From: Lama glama
Taxonomy: Eukaryota
Assembly: GCA_028534125.1 (NCBI GenBank)
Contig: CM052816.1
Span: forward strand, 73,038,001 to 73,102,000
Direction of reading: 5' to 3'
DNA: 64,000 bases
Position numbers and translations under genes: made by a program. The notes under the pieces are model-generated. The model did no database searches. It saw only the letters and a program-made list of their open reading frames with translations, and was not told where the DNA came from. Below, in pieces: positions 62,609 through 64,000 of the stretch (positions within the stretch are counted from its first letter, which is position 1; each line of letters starts with the position of its first letter).

Positions 62609-64000
62609 AAAAATCAATCACATGATCTCAAAGTCAGTGGAAGTAGTAGTTAATGAGAATGTACCTCAGCCCCACCTCACAGAGGTTGGCAAGCATCGTT
62701 CCTCCCAAGTTCCCAGGGATCCCGGGGACAGTGATGAAGAGGCAGTGCCTAAAAGAGGAAGGAGAGGCTTTTTTGCTCATCTCTGGCCCTGAATTCATGC
62801 TTCTACTGAACTGGTTAAAGTTGTATATAGTCTCATCAGCCTGTATGTGTACCTCACTTTTCAAATGGTACTACTCTACCGATTTCTTTCTTTGTTTTTT
62901 TAACCAAGAAACACTTATTCCAGAAACATGTTTATAGCAGATGGTACTAGAAGATAAAAGTACTTGCAGTTTTGCATAAAACTTAAATATGAATATTAGA
63001 CATATCTAGAGCATCTTCTTATGCAAGGAATCTAGCCTATCTTGAGTTATACATGCTCTTCTTTGATCCGCCTCTAGGATCTAACTCTTCATACAAAATG
63101 GTCATTCAAGATGTGTTCCCCAAAAAAGCCAATTCCTGCCTCAGGAGAAATATTGGATATGTCATTTTAAAATTGCATTTGTAAAAGTTTGGTTTTGTGA
63201 AAATATCCTTTAAGTCTTTTTAAAACTACTTTTGCAAAGTTTTGTGCAAATATCTTTTGAAATTCAATAGATGCTGAAAATTTATTTAAACAGGGGTTTA
63301 AAAAGAATTCATTCAAGCTCTACAAACTCTCTGTAATTGCCATTAGGATGCAGAGAACAGGATGACAACTTTCTTACATCAATTTCTGTGAAGGCAATCA
63401 TCAAGGGGTGTTAAAAAAACAAAGCGTAGGAGGAAAACATCATTTTTAACAAGAAACATTCTGGTGCAGAGAAACCTCTCTGAGACCTAACAAGTAAGTG
63501 ATAATTTATCATCAGCCTCATTATCAAGAAATATTCACTAAGCTCATCAGTGGTGTACAATTGCTTTGTACACAATTCTTTTAGTTTCTTGGCAGTATAA
63601 AGTCCCTAAAGACCCTAAAAAGGAGGAAAGATTTATAAATATCTTAGAAACAGAGAGAGGTTATTGTTGATTCAGAAATTTAACATTTAGCACTTTAAAT
63701 AGGCCACAACTATTTCTGGCATATACGTTATGTGATGCACATGTTTTTTAAAAATGAAAAAAAAAATGTAAAAGGCAGCAAGTTTCCTAGAGTTATCATT
63801 TTAATGACAAGCTTTTAGCCCAGGTCAATATGTTGTTTATATTCAGCTGTTCAAGAACATTTATTTTGTTTTTCTGATTTTGGTTGATTTTACTTCATGT
63901 TATTTTATTCTGCAGTGAAGGAAGACCACTTAGGTGGGTAGATCAGTCAAGTTTACATGTAATTTTTTCTGGTTTAATAATAAAATCATTTTTTAAAGTC

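Noticed and set aside
1..64000. CRISPR arrays, operons or other prokaryote-like or novel multi-gene systems
   Set aside because: The sequence is mammalian repeat-rich non-coding DNA, with no regularly spaced repeat-spacer array and no long intact ORFs.

Overview
This is AT-rich, CpG-depleted mammalian DNA, intergenic or deep intronic. It is most likely from a camelid (alpaca/vicuna/camel), based on a tRNA-Ala-derived vic-1-type SINE at 15655-15800 and several cetartiodactyl-type L1 3' ends. I cannot support any protein-coding gene. The supplied ORFs are short chance ORFs, decayed L1/L2 fragments, or artefacts of a 500-N assembly gap (33231-33730). The window is a mosaic of L1 (old L1M and younger lineage-specific copies with TSDs), L2, MIR, MaLR/ERVL/ERV1 LTRs, hAT-Charlie MITEs (MER20, MER5, MER33, MER58A-like) and microsatellites, plus a few non-repetitive, motif-dense stretches that may be conserved non-coding elements. 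The most notable items are: a tailless 39-nt 5S rRNA retrocopy inside an L1 ORF2, flanked by a 12-bp direct repeat; four palindromes within about 85 bp; a young ERV1-type LTR running into the gap; and L1 copies with large internal deletions. I found no convincing new biological system. Repeat family names come from my recall of consensus sequences, not from a database search, and boundaries of old repeats are approximate.
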